NCBI GenBank assembly: GCA_010356995.1
Contig: ML996687.1
Location: 1,427,803 to 1,491,802 of the forward strand
Length of the DNA stretch: 64,000 bases
Direction: 5' to 3'
From: Trichodelitschia bisporula
Lineage: Eukaryota
This document shows positions 24,254-36,608 of this stretch, in pieces (within the stretch, counting starts at the first letter, position 1; every line of letters starts with the position of its first letter). Position numbers and translations under genes: made by a program. Below the pieces are notes generated by a model that saw nothing but the letters and a program-made list of their open reading frames with translations, searched no databases and was not told the DNA's origin.

Positions 24254-27200
24254 CTCTGCTTGCCAATCTGCGCCTTGAAAAGCTTAATCGTCCCAATCTG
24301 CGGTCCGCCCATACTGTCGTAGTAGCGCAGCTCCGGCCCATCAAGAATGAAATACCGCGCCTTCCACCCGCCGAAATTCTTGCCCCGCTTCGTCAGGTAC
24401 CCCTCACGACGCGGCTTCGACGACGGTGAAGACGACGCCACGGCAGGGATGACACCGGCAGGCGCCACCTCAGCCGGCGCAGTCAAGTCCTCTTCCGCGC
24501 CCATGACGCCTGTGGAGAAGAACTCGCAAACCACGAGCGCTGCCTTTTCCGTCAGCGGTGTGTCGAGAAGCATGTCAAAGTAGGCATCTAGAGCGGCGCG
24601 ACGCGCGTCAATCTTGGCGGGAGCATGGCCGGCGAACAGGTTCCTGTCCGGGAGCTTGGCGTCAAACTGGCAAAGGTTCTTCACCTGCTGGTGCAGCGCA
24701 GCCAGTGCGATAGTTGTCTTCTCAAGGCGCCACAGCTGGCGACTATCTGAGCGCGCATAGATACCAAGCAGGAACACCGGGTCGTCTTCGATATTTTGCA
24801 GGAGGATGCTGTTACGCGACGGCCGCAACCGCGATGAAAACACCTTGACGTCGATGACCGGGAGTGCGTTCGGCGGCAGCAGTAGTCCGGGATACAGCTC
24901 CGACGCCAATCCGCGAAACACCTTCTCGTCCGCAGGCGAATCCGTAAACCGCCCACTCGGCGGCGTACCATCGGGTGATAGGCGCAGTGAATCGGTTGCG
25001 GGTGTGTTCTTCTCGCTACTCGACGCACTACGCGCATGCAAGACCTCGGGCGTCTCGCGAGGGGCCGAAAACAGCGGTGCAGGCATGACAGACGGCGAAG
25101 CCATGAATCCCAAGCCCTGCGCCTGAGGCGGAATCATCGGCGAAAGTGGCGGCGAGGCAATTGTATGAGTCTTCGGAAGACGCGGAGAGGGTGCACCGAA
25201 CGGTCGATCGCCGGGACGAGGACTCACCGGCAGACCGGGACTGCGCAGCGGGCTGGTGCCTGGGTTGCGGAGGATGACGGTCGACGTGATGGACGATTCA
25301 GAGCCAATTGGGCTGAGGAGCGAGCCGAAGGATGGCGGTGGCCGGGACTGGCGGGGTGGAGGCGCAGTAACCTCGGGCTCCTTGATCTCGGGTTGGTCCT
25401 GGAAGACAGGTGGTATGGTAGGTGATGCCGGCGGCTTGCTCTTGCTCTTCTTCGACTTTTTAGATGCGCTCCGTGCCTCTTCTCGCTGAGCGGCGATAAT
25501 CTCACGCGCGCGCTCGTCCGCTTCACGGGTGCGTCGTCGGCCGCGGGCGAGTTCGTCTTCCTCGAGTGTCTCGGCGATGGGGTCAACAGTCTGCTGCTGC
25601 TGCAGCGGCGGCGAGCGGGTAGGCTGCGACAAATTCAGCGGAGCAGGGGCGTTCTTGCGCGGAGTCTGGCGGTTACGCGGGCTGAAGTTGCCAGTATTAC
25701 TGACGGGAGTGGCCTCGATGACAGCGACGGAGGGTGGAGCGGTAAGAGCCGTCGGTGTGGCCAGCGGAGGTGAGACGGGTGAGACAGGCGACACGGGACT
25801 AGGAGCGATTTCTACAATCTGGGTCTTGAGGTCGGATGTTTCGAGGCGCATTGCATTGACGCGGTTCGGATCGCCTGGCGTTACCGAGCGCTCCCGCGAG
25901 ACGCTAGTAGTGGTAATGGGCGACACGCCATGGCTCGACTCGGGGTGGGACGCGGAACCAGTGTCCGTCTGGATTGGCGAGGGTGTTGGTTTTGGCGGGT
26001 CCGGCGACTCGCGCGTCTCCGGCGTTGCGGCGGGTGCCACATTCTTTGTCTGTTCCTTCTTCGACGCCTCGGCCGGTCTCGACGTTGCGGGGGATGCGCT
26101 GTGGTCGCGATCCAGCACCGAGTCCGGCCGCGTAACAGCCGCATTCGACTTTTCAGCAATCTGCTCCTTCAGTTTCCTCCGATATCGATCCTTCTCTTTT
26201 AATGCGCGTTCCAAGTCTTTATTCAGCCCTAGTATCATGGTCCGTTGCTTCTCCACCAACCGCCACAGCTGGGCATTATGCGAGTCGGCAGTCTGCTTAT
26301 CCCTCCAGACCTTCTGCAGCGCCGCCTCGACGCTCCCCGCCGCAGCAATCAGGCCCGCGACATCCCCGCTGCCGTCTTTGTTCCCCGCCGGCGTTGACCG
26401 CGCCGACTGCGACGCATTCGACGAGATGGACGACACGGCGGAGTCGATGGACGGATTGCGCGGCGGCATGACGGGGCGCGGATCGGCGCGACTGGGCAGC
26501 ATGGCATACGCGGGCGACGAAGGCGGCGAGAACCCGAGGCCGGGGAAGAGACTCGAGGGCGCAGAGACGTTGCGCAGCTGCTGCGAGTGCGACTTGAGAT
26601 CGGGAGGCGATGCAGGGCCACTGCTGCTGTTGGTGCTGCCGGCTAAATGATTAGGATTGTGGAAGTTGGGACTATGTGGACTCGTGCGTGCGCTGGTATC
26701 GTAGCCAAGCAGGGCGTCGAGGCGTTCGCGCGGCGAGCGGGGTCCTTCGAGGGTAGCGGCGTGAAAGACGAGCGGGGAGAAGGAGGGGGAGAGGGGAGAA
26801 TAGAGGGCAGCGTCGGTGCGCCCGTAAAGCTTTGTTGTATGCGTAGTAGGCGCGGCGGCGGAGGTGTTGATGCCGAGACTGCTGGTGTTGGCGGAGTGGG
26901 AGAGGGGATTTGGCCGTTTGCGACGCGAAGGATCGGAGGCGGATGGAGGTGAGGGGAAGAAGTTCGGTGAGACGGCTGCGGCACCGGACCCGGCTTCTCT
27001 CAGAGCGCGGATGCTGTCCGCGAGCGTGGAGGCGGATTTGGAGGGGCGGAGGACGGAGGAGGGGGAGGGAGTTGAGGGAGACGGTGATGCTGACGATGGT
27101 GATAGGACATGAGACGAGAGGTATGAGGAGCTGTGTGCGTAGGGTGGTGGTTGTTGAGAGTGGAGAGTCTGTGCCTGTGCCTGTGCCTGTGCCTGCGCCT

Positions 27201-27429
27201 GTGCCTGTGCCTGTGCCTGTGTCTGAGCGTATGCCTGTCGCTGGGAGTGGTGATCAGCTGGTGGTTGGGCTGATGCAGCAACAGCTGCTGCTTGAGCCAG
27301 TGTCGGCGCTGGTACTGCTGGTGGTGGTCCTGTGGGTGGTGCTGGTGCTGGTACTGGTTGTGCTGTTGGTGCTGCTATTGCTCCTCCAACTGGTGCTGAG
27401 GCGCCAGTTGGGCCAGTCGTTTGCGACAT
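22202..27429 (-). CDS. RhoGAP with coiled coil, PX-like and PH domains (Bem3-like)
   Basis: PH domain EGYLTKRGKNFGGWKARYF; RhoGAP EEGIFRLSG, VASLLKLYLRELP, NKMNVRNVAIVFAPTL formed across intron 23111-23062 (GTAAGT..CTAAC..TAG). First ATG at 27429. Confidence 0.92.
24220..24252 (-). repeat. (CAG)11 poly-Gln tract inside the PH domain of the RhoGAP
   Basis: Eleven CTG triplets on the + strand. Confidence 0.95.
27169..27228 (-). repeat. Hexanucleotide (GCACAG)n repeat encoding a (Gln-Ala)n tract
   Basis: About 10 CTGTGC-type units on the + strand. Confidence 0.9.
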
Positions 27430-29146
27430 GGGTTGGGCGGGCGGGGAGGGGGGGGGGGTGTTGGCCTTGTGGTCCTGTGTTTCCCTTGTCTGGGATTGGG
27501 GATAGACAACTCTTGCGGCCCTGCAAGAGATCTCTCTCCCTTCCAACCCACTACTCTCACCCTCACACAAATCACACAATTCTCTTTCTCTTTCTCTTTC
27601 TGCCCTAGGGCCGGTCCTGTTCCACCAGTCCCGTTTGTCTTGTCCTGGTCCTGTCTCCGTGCCTGTTCCTTGTGCCTTATCCGGACCCAGTCCTGTCCTT
27701 TCAAATGATCTTCTTTCTCTTTCTCTGTGCCTTCTTCTCTCCTCTCACTCGGTTTCCTGCTCTGCTGTACCCACGGACACCCCAGTTCTTCGTGTCTGAT
27801 TGCTGCGACGGGTTTGGCGACTGGCCGCGTCGCAGGGCGTGTCAAGGCACGGGAGGCATGGGCTGAGAGGTCACCGGGGGTGGATCAAGCAGCGGGCGGG
27901 AAGGAGAGGGGGGATTGCGATTGCACGATTGTTTCGTCCGGAATCCGCGAAGAAAAATTGGAGAAGGAAGAAAAAGGCAGATGGCGACGTGTTAGGGTTT
28001 TGAGGTGAGATGCGAATGGGATGCAAGAGATGCAAGATGGGCCTACGAAAGTGAAAGTGGAGACGAGATGCTTGATTGCTGCACTCTGGCTCTCTGTCCC
28101 ATCTCGGCCATTCAGCCCAAAGGCTTGCTCTTTTGCAGGGGCGCTTAATGAGCTGGGGGGGATGGAGTGGTGGAGGGAGAGCAGACTGGGGGGAAAGGGA
28201 TAATGGTAATTGTGGTGTGCAACAGCTTCAATTCCTGCTCGACAATCAAACACACTTTGATCTACTTCATCCCCGGCCTGTTCACTCTGCTGTCACGATT
28301 ATCGACCGTTTTTTTTTTTTTTGGTGAGTTTCGTCACATTTTCTCCTCCCGACGCCATGATGAACCATCACCACCATCTCCGCCATCACCATCACCTCCG
28401 CACTCCACAAACCTTCACCTCCCCCAAACAAGACACAGGTGAAACCTCCCTCGTGCCCATCGATGGGCGCCAACCACACTTTCTCATTGGCCCACCTGCA
28501 AGATGAAGGCTTCTGCGCCTGCCGTACCCTCCCTTCCACGCCGGTCAGTTCACGAAGCACATCACAGCGTCTTCGTACGGGCCGCAAACACCTGGGAATC
28601 CCAAATAAACCCTCACCTGCAAACACCCAACATCCCCCAACCCCCTCACAGCTCACCTCCTCCCCCCCATCATCATCACCCAAAAACCCCACAACGTCCC
28701 CTCCAGCCGACATCCTCTCATCAAGCAATTGGCCAATCCTCGCCAACGCCGCCTCCTCCACACCCCCTCCCGCGCCCTGCCCGCCAAAACTGAGGAACCT
28801 GACAAATCCCCGCATCGCAAACCACCCCAATCGGGTCATCCTCCTCCCCCCATCTCCATTTGCCCGCATGGCATGGCCAGCATGCAGCATGCAGGCGAAA
28901 GACAGACCAGACCAGGCCAGACCGAGCCATCCACACCAATGCAGCATCTCAGGTACCAGCAGCAATCAGCGCAAGGGTCCATCGAATAAACCTCCGCGTT
29001 CGGAGCATGACGGTCCCGCGTGCACGATACTCCTCGGCTGGCCGTGAGCCGAGCAACGTGCACCGCGCTCACACATCCATATACATCAACCGTCGCCTTA
29101 CCACCAGCTAGACGAAACTTATCTGCCACACCCGCACCCGCTGACG

Positions 29147-29181
29147 CCCCCCCCCCCCCCCCGCCCCCCCCCCCCCCCCCC
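29147..29181. repeat. Poly-C tract C16-G-C18 (G-quadruplex-capable on the minus strand)
   Basis: Directly visible homopolymer; its length may be imprecise in the assembly. Confidence 0.9.
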
Positions 29182-30538
29182 AACTCCAGTGCGAAGTAAA
29201 TAGCCCAAGCAAGAGATATACAGCCCCAACCTATATTACCCGCAGCTTTGCGCGCGGGCTCGCAGCGGCGCCGGCCCCCCTGGCGTGTGCGTCTTCATTT
29301 CCGCATGCGCCGCGCGGGGGTGTCGTCTACGCGGGCCAGAGGGAGTGGCGGGAGGGCTGTGAGCCTCGTGATGGTTGCAGATGCAATTAAGCATAATAGG
29401 TCCGAAATAGGCGGTTCACTGACCGCTGTACTAGAGATAGCAAGACGTCGGCCGTCTTCGGTGCCATGTACATCCGTAAGATGCAACCTGTCAAAATCGC
29501 CTGCTCAAACAGCATCGCGACCCGCGCCCCCTGCGTACTGACTCGGAACTTTTACGCCAGGGATGCGGGCTCCCGCAGCCGCGCCCGCGCCCGCGCGGCT
29601 GCGGGTTCGGGGACGTCTGACGACGGTGAATGTATACTGAGGTATGCCGCGAACCGAAGTCATGTAAAACCACTGCAGGCAACCCTCGAGGACATCGAGC
29701 CTGAACCCACCGCCGTCATCGCGGCCCACTCCCACGCGCGAACCCGAGTCTAGTTCTAGCGAGGGTCGATGACGGACGTCAGTCCGCGCACTCGAGCCCG
29801 ACGCCTGCGCTGCAAACGGCCTTATTCCTTAAATCCTCCGCCCCCGCGAATGCCGTGTAACGTGCCATAAATATCCGGTTAGTTGGACTTTGTGCGATGG
29901 CGGGAGGGAGACGCGCGGTTGTTTCAACCATGAGGCGAGCGTGCGGTCCGGTTGGACGGCGGCGACGGTGGAGGCGTGCAGCGCGGGTATGGCGTGGAGG
30001 ATGGTTGTGGTGCTGGTTTTGAGATTTGCTGTGCGGGATGCAGGGCGGTTGTGATGCTGTAGAAGCGGAGGAGGTTCGTAGCTTGATGAAAATAGTGTAT
30101 TTTACGTCGTTCCTCGATGTCAGTTTGGTGTTGGTGCAGGATAAGGCTGTAAGGCCAGATGTCTTGGCGTTTTATATCAGCCTCACCTCAACTGCCATTC
30201 CCACGATGTGAAGAACCGAAACAAGAGATGATGTCTCTTCGCCGTTGTTATGATTTGAGGATGAGCACCCATAGGTCTTACATCAGCTGATATTATGGCA
30301 AACCGTCTTCGTGAGCAGTTGATGGAATTGAAGTATGTATGGCTGTAGGCTTATGCTATGGCAACGACTGCTGAGTGAAAGTGTTTCGAAAGACGAAGAA
30401 CAAGAAGAGGTGAGCGGCGGAGCCGCTCGAGACCATAAATGCCGGCTGTGCTGGTGTGCTGCCATAGGCTCCTTCCTTAGATAAGAATGCTCCTTCCCTG
30501 TATCTACATCATGTCTCGCCGAAGTAGCAAGCCCACCG

Positions 30539-30635
30539 CGGAGGGCTAATCGAAAAAGTCATGTCCCTACCCGCCGAGAGACCTCTGCCAAAATTCAGGT
30601 GGAGGGGCGGCATGACTTTTTCTGGTAGCCCTTGA
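30539..30635. mobile_element. Palindromic ~100-bp dispersed element, copy 2
   Basis: AGGGCTAATCGAAAAAGTCATGTCC..GGCATGACTTTTTCTGGTAGCCCTTGA. Similar to 5236-5336 along its whole length. Confidence 0.75.
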
Positions 30636-30864
30636 TCTTACTCAGCCAGTCCGCGGTCTGCTGCTGGTCTCTCCCAGTAGCACACGTCAGAAGTTGTGGA
30701 TATATAGAAGGCAGATAGACATGCGTAGACAGCTCTAGACCCGAAGGCCATGCTGCTATCACACGGAGCATCATCACTTGTACTCCAGCACACACATTAG
30801 GGGCAAATTTAATCCCATATTCATCCACCATCTCACCTCCCACCTATCCGAACCAACCCAACAC

Positions 30865-33344
30865 CTACATCATAAACCCCCCCTTATTAAACCCATCATC
30901 CTTCTTCCCCCCCCTTGTCGGCTTCTGCTGCGCCGCCTCATGCTTCCTCAACTCCTCCGGCACCCTCGAAATACTACTCTTCGACAGCATCTGCTTCAAA
31001 TCATACAACACATCCGTGTCCTCATTGCCGAGGAACGTAATCGACACACCACTCTTCCCCGCACGACCGGTACGACCAATGCGATGCGTGTACTGCTCGA
31101 TATTCGTCGCCATATTGAAGTTGACCACCAAGCTCACATCCGAAACATCGATACCGCGCCCAGCTAGGTCAGTGGCAACGAGCACATCCGCCTTCTTAGC
31201 ACGCAAGTCGGCGAGCGCCTCCTCGCGCTGGTCCTGCGTCTTGCTCCCGTGCAGCGTTACGGCCCGGAAGCCCATGTGTCGGATGTCCCGCGCCACGGCA
31301 TCGCAGTTCCGCTTGATGTTCACGAAGACAATGATCGGCGGGCCGAATTCGCGGCTCTGCAGTATCTCGCCCAGCCTCTTCTTGCGCTTGTCCTCGCCGG
31401 ACACAAACTCGACCCGCTGCTCCACCGTCTCCACCGCCTCGCCGACATTGCCAATGGTGACTATCGCCGGGCGGCGGAGGTACTTCCGCGCGATGCGCTC
31501 AACGGCGGACGGCATGGTGGCCGTGTACATCATAGTCTGGCGATAACGATCCTTCCCGCCAAGATGGCGCATCATAGCCGCCGCATTCTCCGCGTCCTCG
31601 GAGTCCGGCTTCTCGTTCTGCACCGGCAGCGCATCGAGGATTTTATTCACCTGCTCTTCGAAACCCATGTCGATCATCCGGTCCGCCTCGTCCATAATCA
31701 CGTAGCAGCACTGTCCGAGGACAAGCACACGCCGCTCGATACAATCTACGAGACGCCCGGGCGTCGCGATGACGATTTCGGCCCCGTCGCGCATTTGGTA
31801 GGATTGTTCTTCGATGCTGTGCCCGCCGACGATGGACACGCAGGTAAAGCCCAGCGGGGTCGCGAAGCGCTTGGCCTCGGCCTCGATCTGCTGCGCCAGT
31901 TCGCGGGTCGGGGCCAGGATAATAGCGTACGGGCCGTCGTTCTTCGTGAACTCGTTAAGCGGGTCAAGGTCCTGAATATAAACCAGCAACGGGAGCAAAA
32001 ACGCCGCCGTTTTACCCGACCCAGTGACTGCAATACCAATAAGATCCCGGCTTTGCAGCGCGATCGGGATGGCCGCACGCTGAATTGGCGTCGGCTCGTT
32101 GTATCCGACCGAGTAGACGATGTCGAGCAAGCGCTTGGGGAGTTTGGATTCCTGCCACGAGCGCATGGGATTTGGGATCGAGCCGCCCTTGGTGCTGATG
32201 TTGAAGTCCTCCTTGAAAATGCGCCAGTCGCGCTCGAGCATGTTCTCCAGCGGCTTAACGCTCCAGTGCTGGTCGAGCTGGGTGCGCCGACTCGTCGCCT
32301 TGCGCGCGCGCTCCATCTCCAGCATTTCGCGCGCACGGCTCGAGCCAGCCTCGTGATCGCGCTCCTCCAGCGCCTTGGCGTACTCAATCGCCCTATCCTC
32401 ACTCTCGCCAAACCCGCCCAGTTTCCCGCGGCCGAAGAACCCCGCCTCGACGCGGGCTTTGTAGATCGGATTGTAATCCACACTCGTGTCCTCCTCTACA
32501 TTCCACTCGAAATTGAACTTCTTCTCCGTGGTTCGTCGCCGCTTTTTCTTCGCTGAAAAGGTGCTCACGGTCTGGTCGGCCCCCATGTATCGCTGGCGGA
32601 TCAGCGTCGCCTCCGTGTCCTCTGCCCCACGCTTCGCCCCCTGCGTGATGTTTGGACCTGTAATCGCGACGGCTTTAGGTGGTGGAGGCGGCATCATGTC
32701 GTACCCGCGGTTGTGCTGTTCCCGCTGTCCGCGCATCGACGACGGCCCAGTGGGCACGTCGCGGTCGCGCTGGCTGCGCGGACCTGTCGGTATATCGCGC
32801 CTCGACGAACCTCGCTCATCTGGGTACCGCGTGTGGACATTCCTGATCGTGCCATTGGGGAGCACGCCGTTGGACTGCGGCGGGGGCGGGGGGGCAGAGG
32901 CGGTGGCTGTAGCGGTGGCACGTTTCTGGGCCTCGACTTCCTTTGCGCGTTTCTCAAGTGCAAGTCTTTCTCGCTCCGCTTTGGAGAGGAATTTAGGCTG
33001 TTATGTGTCAGTACGGGGATCGGGACTAGAGGCGTGAACGGGACGTTGAGAACGGCGGGTGGGCATACCTTTTTCGCGGCTTCGTCGGCCTCGCGCTTCT
33101 TCTTTAGCAGATCTTCGATGCTGAGGGGTGTCTTCTTTGGCGCTGTGTTCCAGCCTCGTTTCTTAGGTGGTGCGGGAGCATCGTCTGGCGGAGGAGGGGG
33201 GGCGTCTGATGATGGGGGGGGTGCGGGTGGGAGGTCTGAGGGCGGCGGAGGAGGGAGTGGGTCTGAAGGCGGAGGAGGGAGGGCATCTGGCGGGGGAGGA
33301 GGGGGGGTCGAGCCGTTTAGGCCGTTGCTGTGATGGCCGTTCAT
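30865..33344 (-). CDS. PRP28: Pre-mRNA splicing DEAD-box helicase Prp28
   Basis: Motifs TGSGKT, PTRELA, DEAD, HRIGRTGRAG, plus Prp28-type KFNFEW and RDWRIFKEDFNI. Intron 33068-32998 gives K|PKFLSKAERE. Confidence 0.96.
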
Positions 33345-33791
33345 GGTGACAGGCTGTGGATGGCGATGTTCGGAGTTGGTGGTTGCGGAAGTTCACCGCG
33401 CGAGAGCCGCGCAGAAGGCCAAGACTAGCGACAGGCGCGCCCAATCACGGGACTTTGGGGGGCAAGCATTTGATCGCTCGATATATGTGCGACTGAAACG
33501 CAATTTTGTGGCAAGGACGATGGTTAGCACTCAGAGACTTGAGAGGAACTGATCTTGATCGATTGTTCAGCACATGGGCTTCTGTCTTTTGTACAATGCC
33601 TTTTACATGCCCTTCATCCTCACCGATTCGTCCTTTTCGACTCGTCCTCGTCCTCATCCTCACCGATCCACCATCTAAACAGGCCAGACACTCTTCAGAG
33701 GTCCCATAATAACGCCAGAAATGCCCTCCCATGCAATAAGCCAAAGCCTCCATCCCTACGCAGGCCGCACACGCCGTCTTGTCCCCAGTGT

Positions 33792-34374
33792 TTACTTCGG
33801 CCACTTCTTCCAACCACGCCCATGCCCTCTCTGCCCACACGTTAGCCTCATTCCCTCCCCTCCCTAATGTCAGCAAACATACCTGCTCCCACTGCTCGAC
33901 CATCTTCTCCATGCCCAGCATAGCCTGCCTCCTCTTCTCCAACCTCCCTTTCAGCGTCCTCTCCCATGCCTTTCCCTTGACCCTCTGCCCCACGCCAGTC
34001 CCCCGCACCTTAAGCCCCTCCTCCTTAACCGCATCTCTCACAAAAGACTGCTTCTTGCTGAACGGGAGCAACTCCTCAACCCCATGACCGCGCGCCAACT
34101 TGCACAGCTCTGCCTGCCGACGCAGGGACACCATCGGCGGGCGCCACTTCCCCGTAACCGGGTTCCGCCACGGCAAGAAGGGATTATAAGTCGGATTCGT
34201 CAGCGGCGACGCCGCGAGGAACGGGTTGTTGGCGTGCGGGCTCTCAGGTGCATTGCTCGCCGCGGTCGTGGGCCTCGGCGTATTCGGCGGGAACTGCTTG
34301 AAGAAGGAGAGGAGCTGCTTGGGCAGCTTTTTCGCGAGCTGGATGTACTTTTGTGCTTCGGCGGGCGCGGCCAT
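33792..34374 (-). CDS. MRPL25: Mitochondrial large-subunit ribosomal protein mL59
   Basis: NPFLPWRNPVTGKWRPP..SLRRQAEL..KGKAWER. Intron 33882-33831 gives the C-terminus RGHGRGWKKWPK*. Confidence 0.9.
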
Positions 34375-34571
34375 GGTGTCAGTGGTGTGGTTGGCTGGTG
34401 GGGAGCTGTGGAAGAAGTTGTCGCGCGGATATCAAAATGGATTGGCCTTGGCGGTGCGGGTGGTCCAAGCTTCATCCCCAGGCAGCCCGGACACGCAGCT
34501 CGGTGCTGGGGCGGCGACGAGAGCACAACACACCGCGAAGCATCCCTCTACATCGCCGTCCATACTGCATC

Positions 34572-35335
34572 ATGGTAAGTTAATGTCCTGTATAGCTCTG
34601 GGCTTGAGTTTCTAGCTCAGAGCTCGTTGCACTCGCTCCTCCTACCCCGGGCATCAAAGCTAACCTCACACCTCCCAGTCCCTCTTCTCTATCAACGGCG
34701 GCGCCTGCGTCGCCATGGTCGGCAAAGACTGCGTCGCAATCGCCTGTGACCTGCGCCTCGGTCTCCAAGCCCTGACCGTCGCCAACAACAACCCCAAGAT
34801 CTTCCCCTACGGTGACGTGTACCTAGGCATGACCGGTCTCGCAACAGACGTCAGCACCGTCAGCGACCTGTTCCGGTACAAAGTGAACATGTACCGGCTG
34901 CGTGAGGAGCGGTCCATCAGCCCCGAGACCTTTGCGAACCTAGTCAGCTCGACGCTGTACGAGCGGCGCTTTGGCCCGTTCTTTGTTTCCCCGGTCGTGG
35001 CGGGGATTAACCATACTACCGGCAAGCCGTTTATTTGCGGGTTTGATAGTATTGGGTGTATCGATTTTGCGAAGGATTTTATTGTTAGTGGGACGGCGAG
35101 TGATCAGTTGTATGGCATGTGCGAGGGCCTGTGGGAGCCGGATCTGGTACGTTGATTCCTGGTATTTGGTGGACGAGGCTAACGACGACAGGGTCCCGAG
35201 GAGCTCTTCGAAACCGTCTCGCAAGCACTGCTCAACGCCGTGGACCGCGACGCGCTGTCCGGCTGGGGAGCGCACGTGTACATCATCGAGAAGGGCAAGG
35301 TGACAAAGCGGCTACTCAAGGGGCGGCAGGACTAG
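34572..35335 (+). CDS. PUP3: 20S proteasome subunit beta-3
   Basis: ATG-only first coding exon; introns 34575-34678 and 35147-35191; [29 protein letters not shown]. Confidence 0.96.
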
Positions 35336-35640
35336 AACCATGTCCGAGTTCTACGAGGATTGGCGGGCGTTTACGAGGCGATATGTTTAGAGAAATGCAT
35401 GCGGGAGCGCTTCACAGATAACTTCTAACTCGGGAAGGGGAAGTGCCGTCTGTTACTTACTGGGTATTATCATCGCAGCCCCGCGCCATGCTGCCGCCGA
35501 ATCCGCTATGCTACTAACTCGCAGAACTACCGCTCTAACTCAAGAGTTGAACTGAGTGGAAATGCATCTCCGCCACGCCATATGCTCCGCTAACAGCCGC
35601 GCAACATCTAACTAACTTGCATGCAGTCAAGAAAAGCTAT

Positions 35641-36608
35641 CTACATAACCATCTCCTCATCCAACCCATTCACACACCCAAGCTTCGCCTCCGGCCACGC
35701 CCGCATAGCATCGTAACCCCCCAACCTACTCTCCCCACTCCACAACCCAGTATTATACACCGGGTCCGTCCGCTGACTAGTCTCATACTCCTTCCGCGCG
35801 AGCATCTCATACCCACTCATCATATACGGCTCCGCAGCGCTCTTCTCCGGCGCCGTCGCTGGCCGCTCCACCTCCCCCGCACCCGCCAGTCCTCCCCCAC
35901 CGCTGCCAAACTCCCTCGCAGCCATCAACCGCTCATACCTCACCCGCGCCAATCCCTCCTCCCTCGCAAGCGTACTCTCCCGCCACCCCTCCGCCTCCTT
36001 GGCTAGATCATATCCACCGGCGGAAGGCGGGCTAATGCGCCATAGCTCCAGCAGCCGCAGGCGCTGCGGGCTGTCTGCGTTGCGGAAGAGGGCGATTTGG
36101 GCTGGGTAGAGTGCCATCGGGTTTATGCTGTTTTGCGTAAGCAGGGCTGCGAGCTCGGCGTCGGACATGACGGTAGGTTCGGGGGTGGGTGCGGGTTGCG
36201 GGACGAAGCGGATGGGTACCATGTGTCGCGTGGGCGTGTAGTGCGTTGAGGCGTAGTAGGTGGGTGTGGGAGCGGGGATAGGGTCAGGCAGGGAGGTAGT
36301 GAGGGCGGGAGCGACGTCTGGCGGCGGGGTAGGCGATGCGAAGGTGAGCGAGCGCGCGAAGAGCCCCGCTAGCTCGTCGTGTTGCTGCGCGGACATGGAG
36401 GATTCGGGGGACTTGGTGGTTATGCCGGTGGAGGCGGCACCGCACTATGACGTATTGGTCAGCCTCGGGAACTCTGGGTTAGGGTTTCTAGGGCATCGGT
36501 ACAACGTACATGGCTGCAGTAGTGGGTTTGGGAGAAGGCGGCGGCGGAGAAGGGGATGGGGGTTGATTCCGAGCAGGTCGTGCAGTGGGTTTGGAGGGTT
36601 GGGTGCAT
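35641..36608 (-). CDS. Uncharacterised protein with N-terminal CxxC..CxxC zinc ribbon
   Basis: Exon 1 (36608-36510) MHPTLQTHCTTC..HYCSH joins across intron 36509-36445 (GTACGT..GCTGAC..TAG) to CGAA.. and continues in frame with ORF 35641-36396. Confidence 0.78.

Noticed and set aside
27600..30500. Many short ORFs upstream of the RhoGAP
   Set aside because: Low-complexity C- or G-rich promoter/UTR-like DNA with no coding signature or consistent splice pattern.
31249..32556. Long antisense ORFs over PRP28 (likewise over GPD1, RhoGAP, GDB1 and the GPI gene)
   Set aside because: Shadow ORFs expected from GC-rich codon bias; no motifs.
33596..33608. U5 snRNA loop-1-like GCCTTTTAC near PRP28
   Set aside because: No extended U5 stem and no downstream Sm site.
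33445..33791. C-terminal half of the 309-aa track ORF
   Set aside because: Artefact of reading through the MRPL25 intron; the spliced gene ends at 33792.
36476..36487. Telomere-like GGGTTAGGGTT (possible telomerase RNA template)
   Set aside because: Under two repeat units, lies in a small intron, and a similar match occurs in SEC59 coding sequence.
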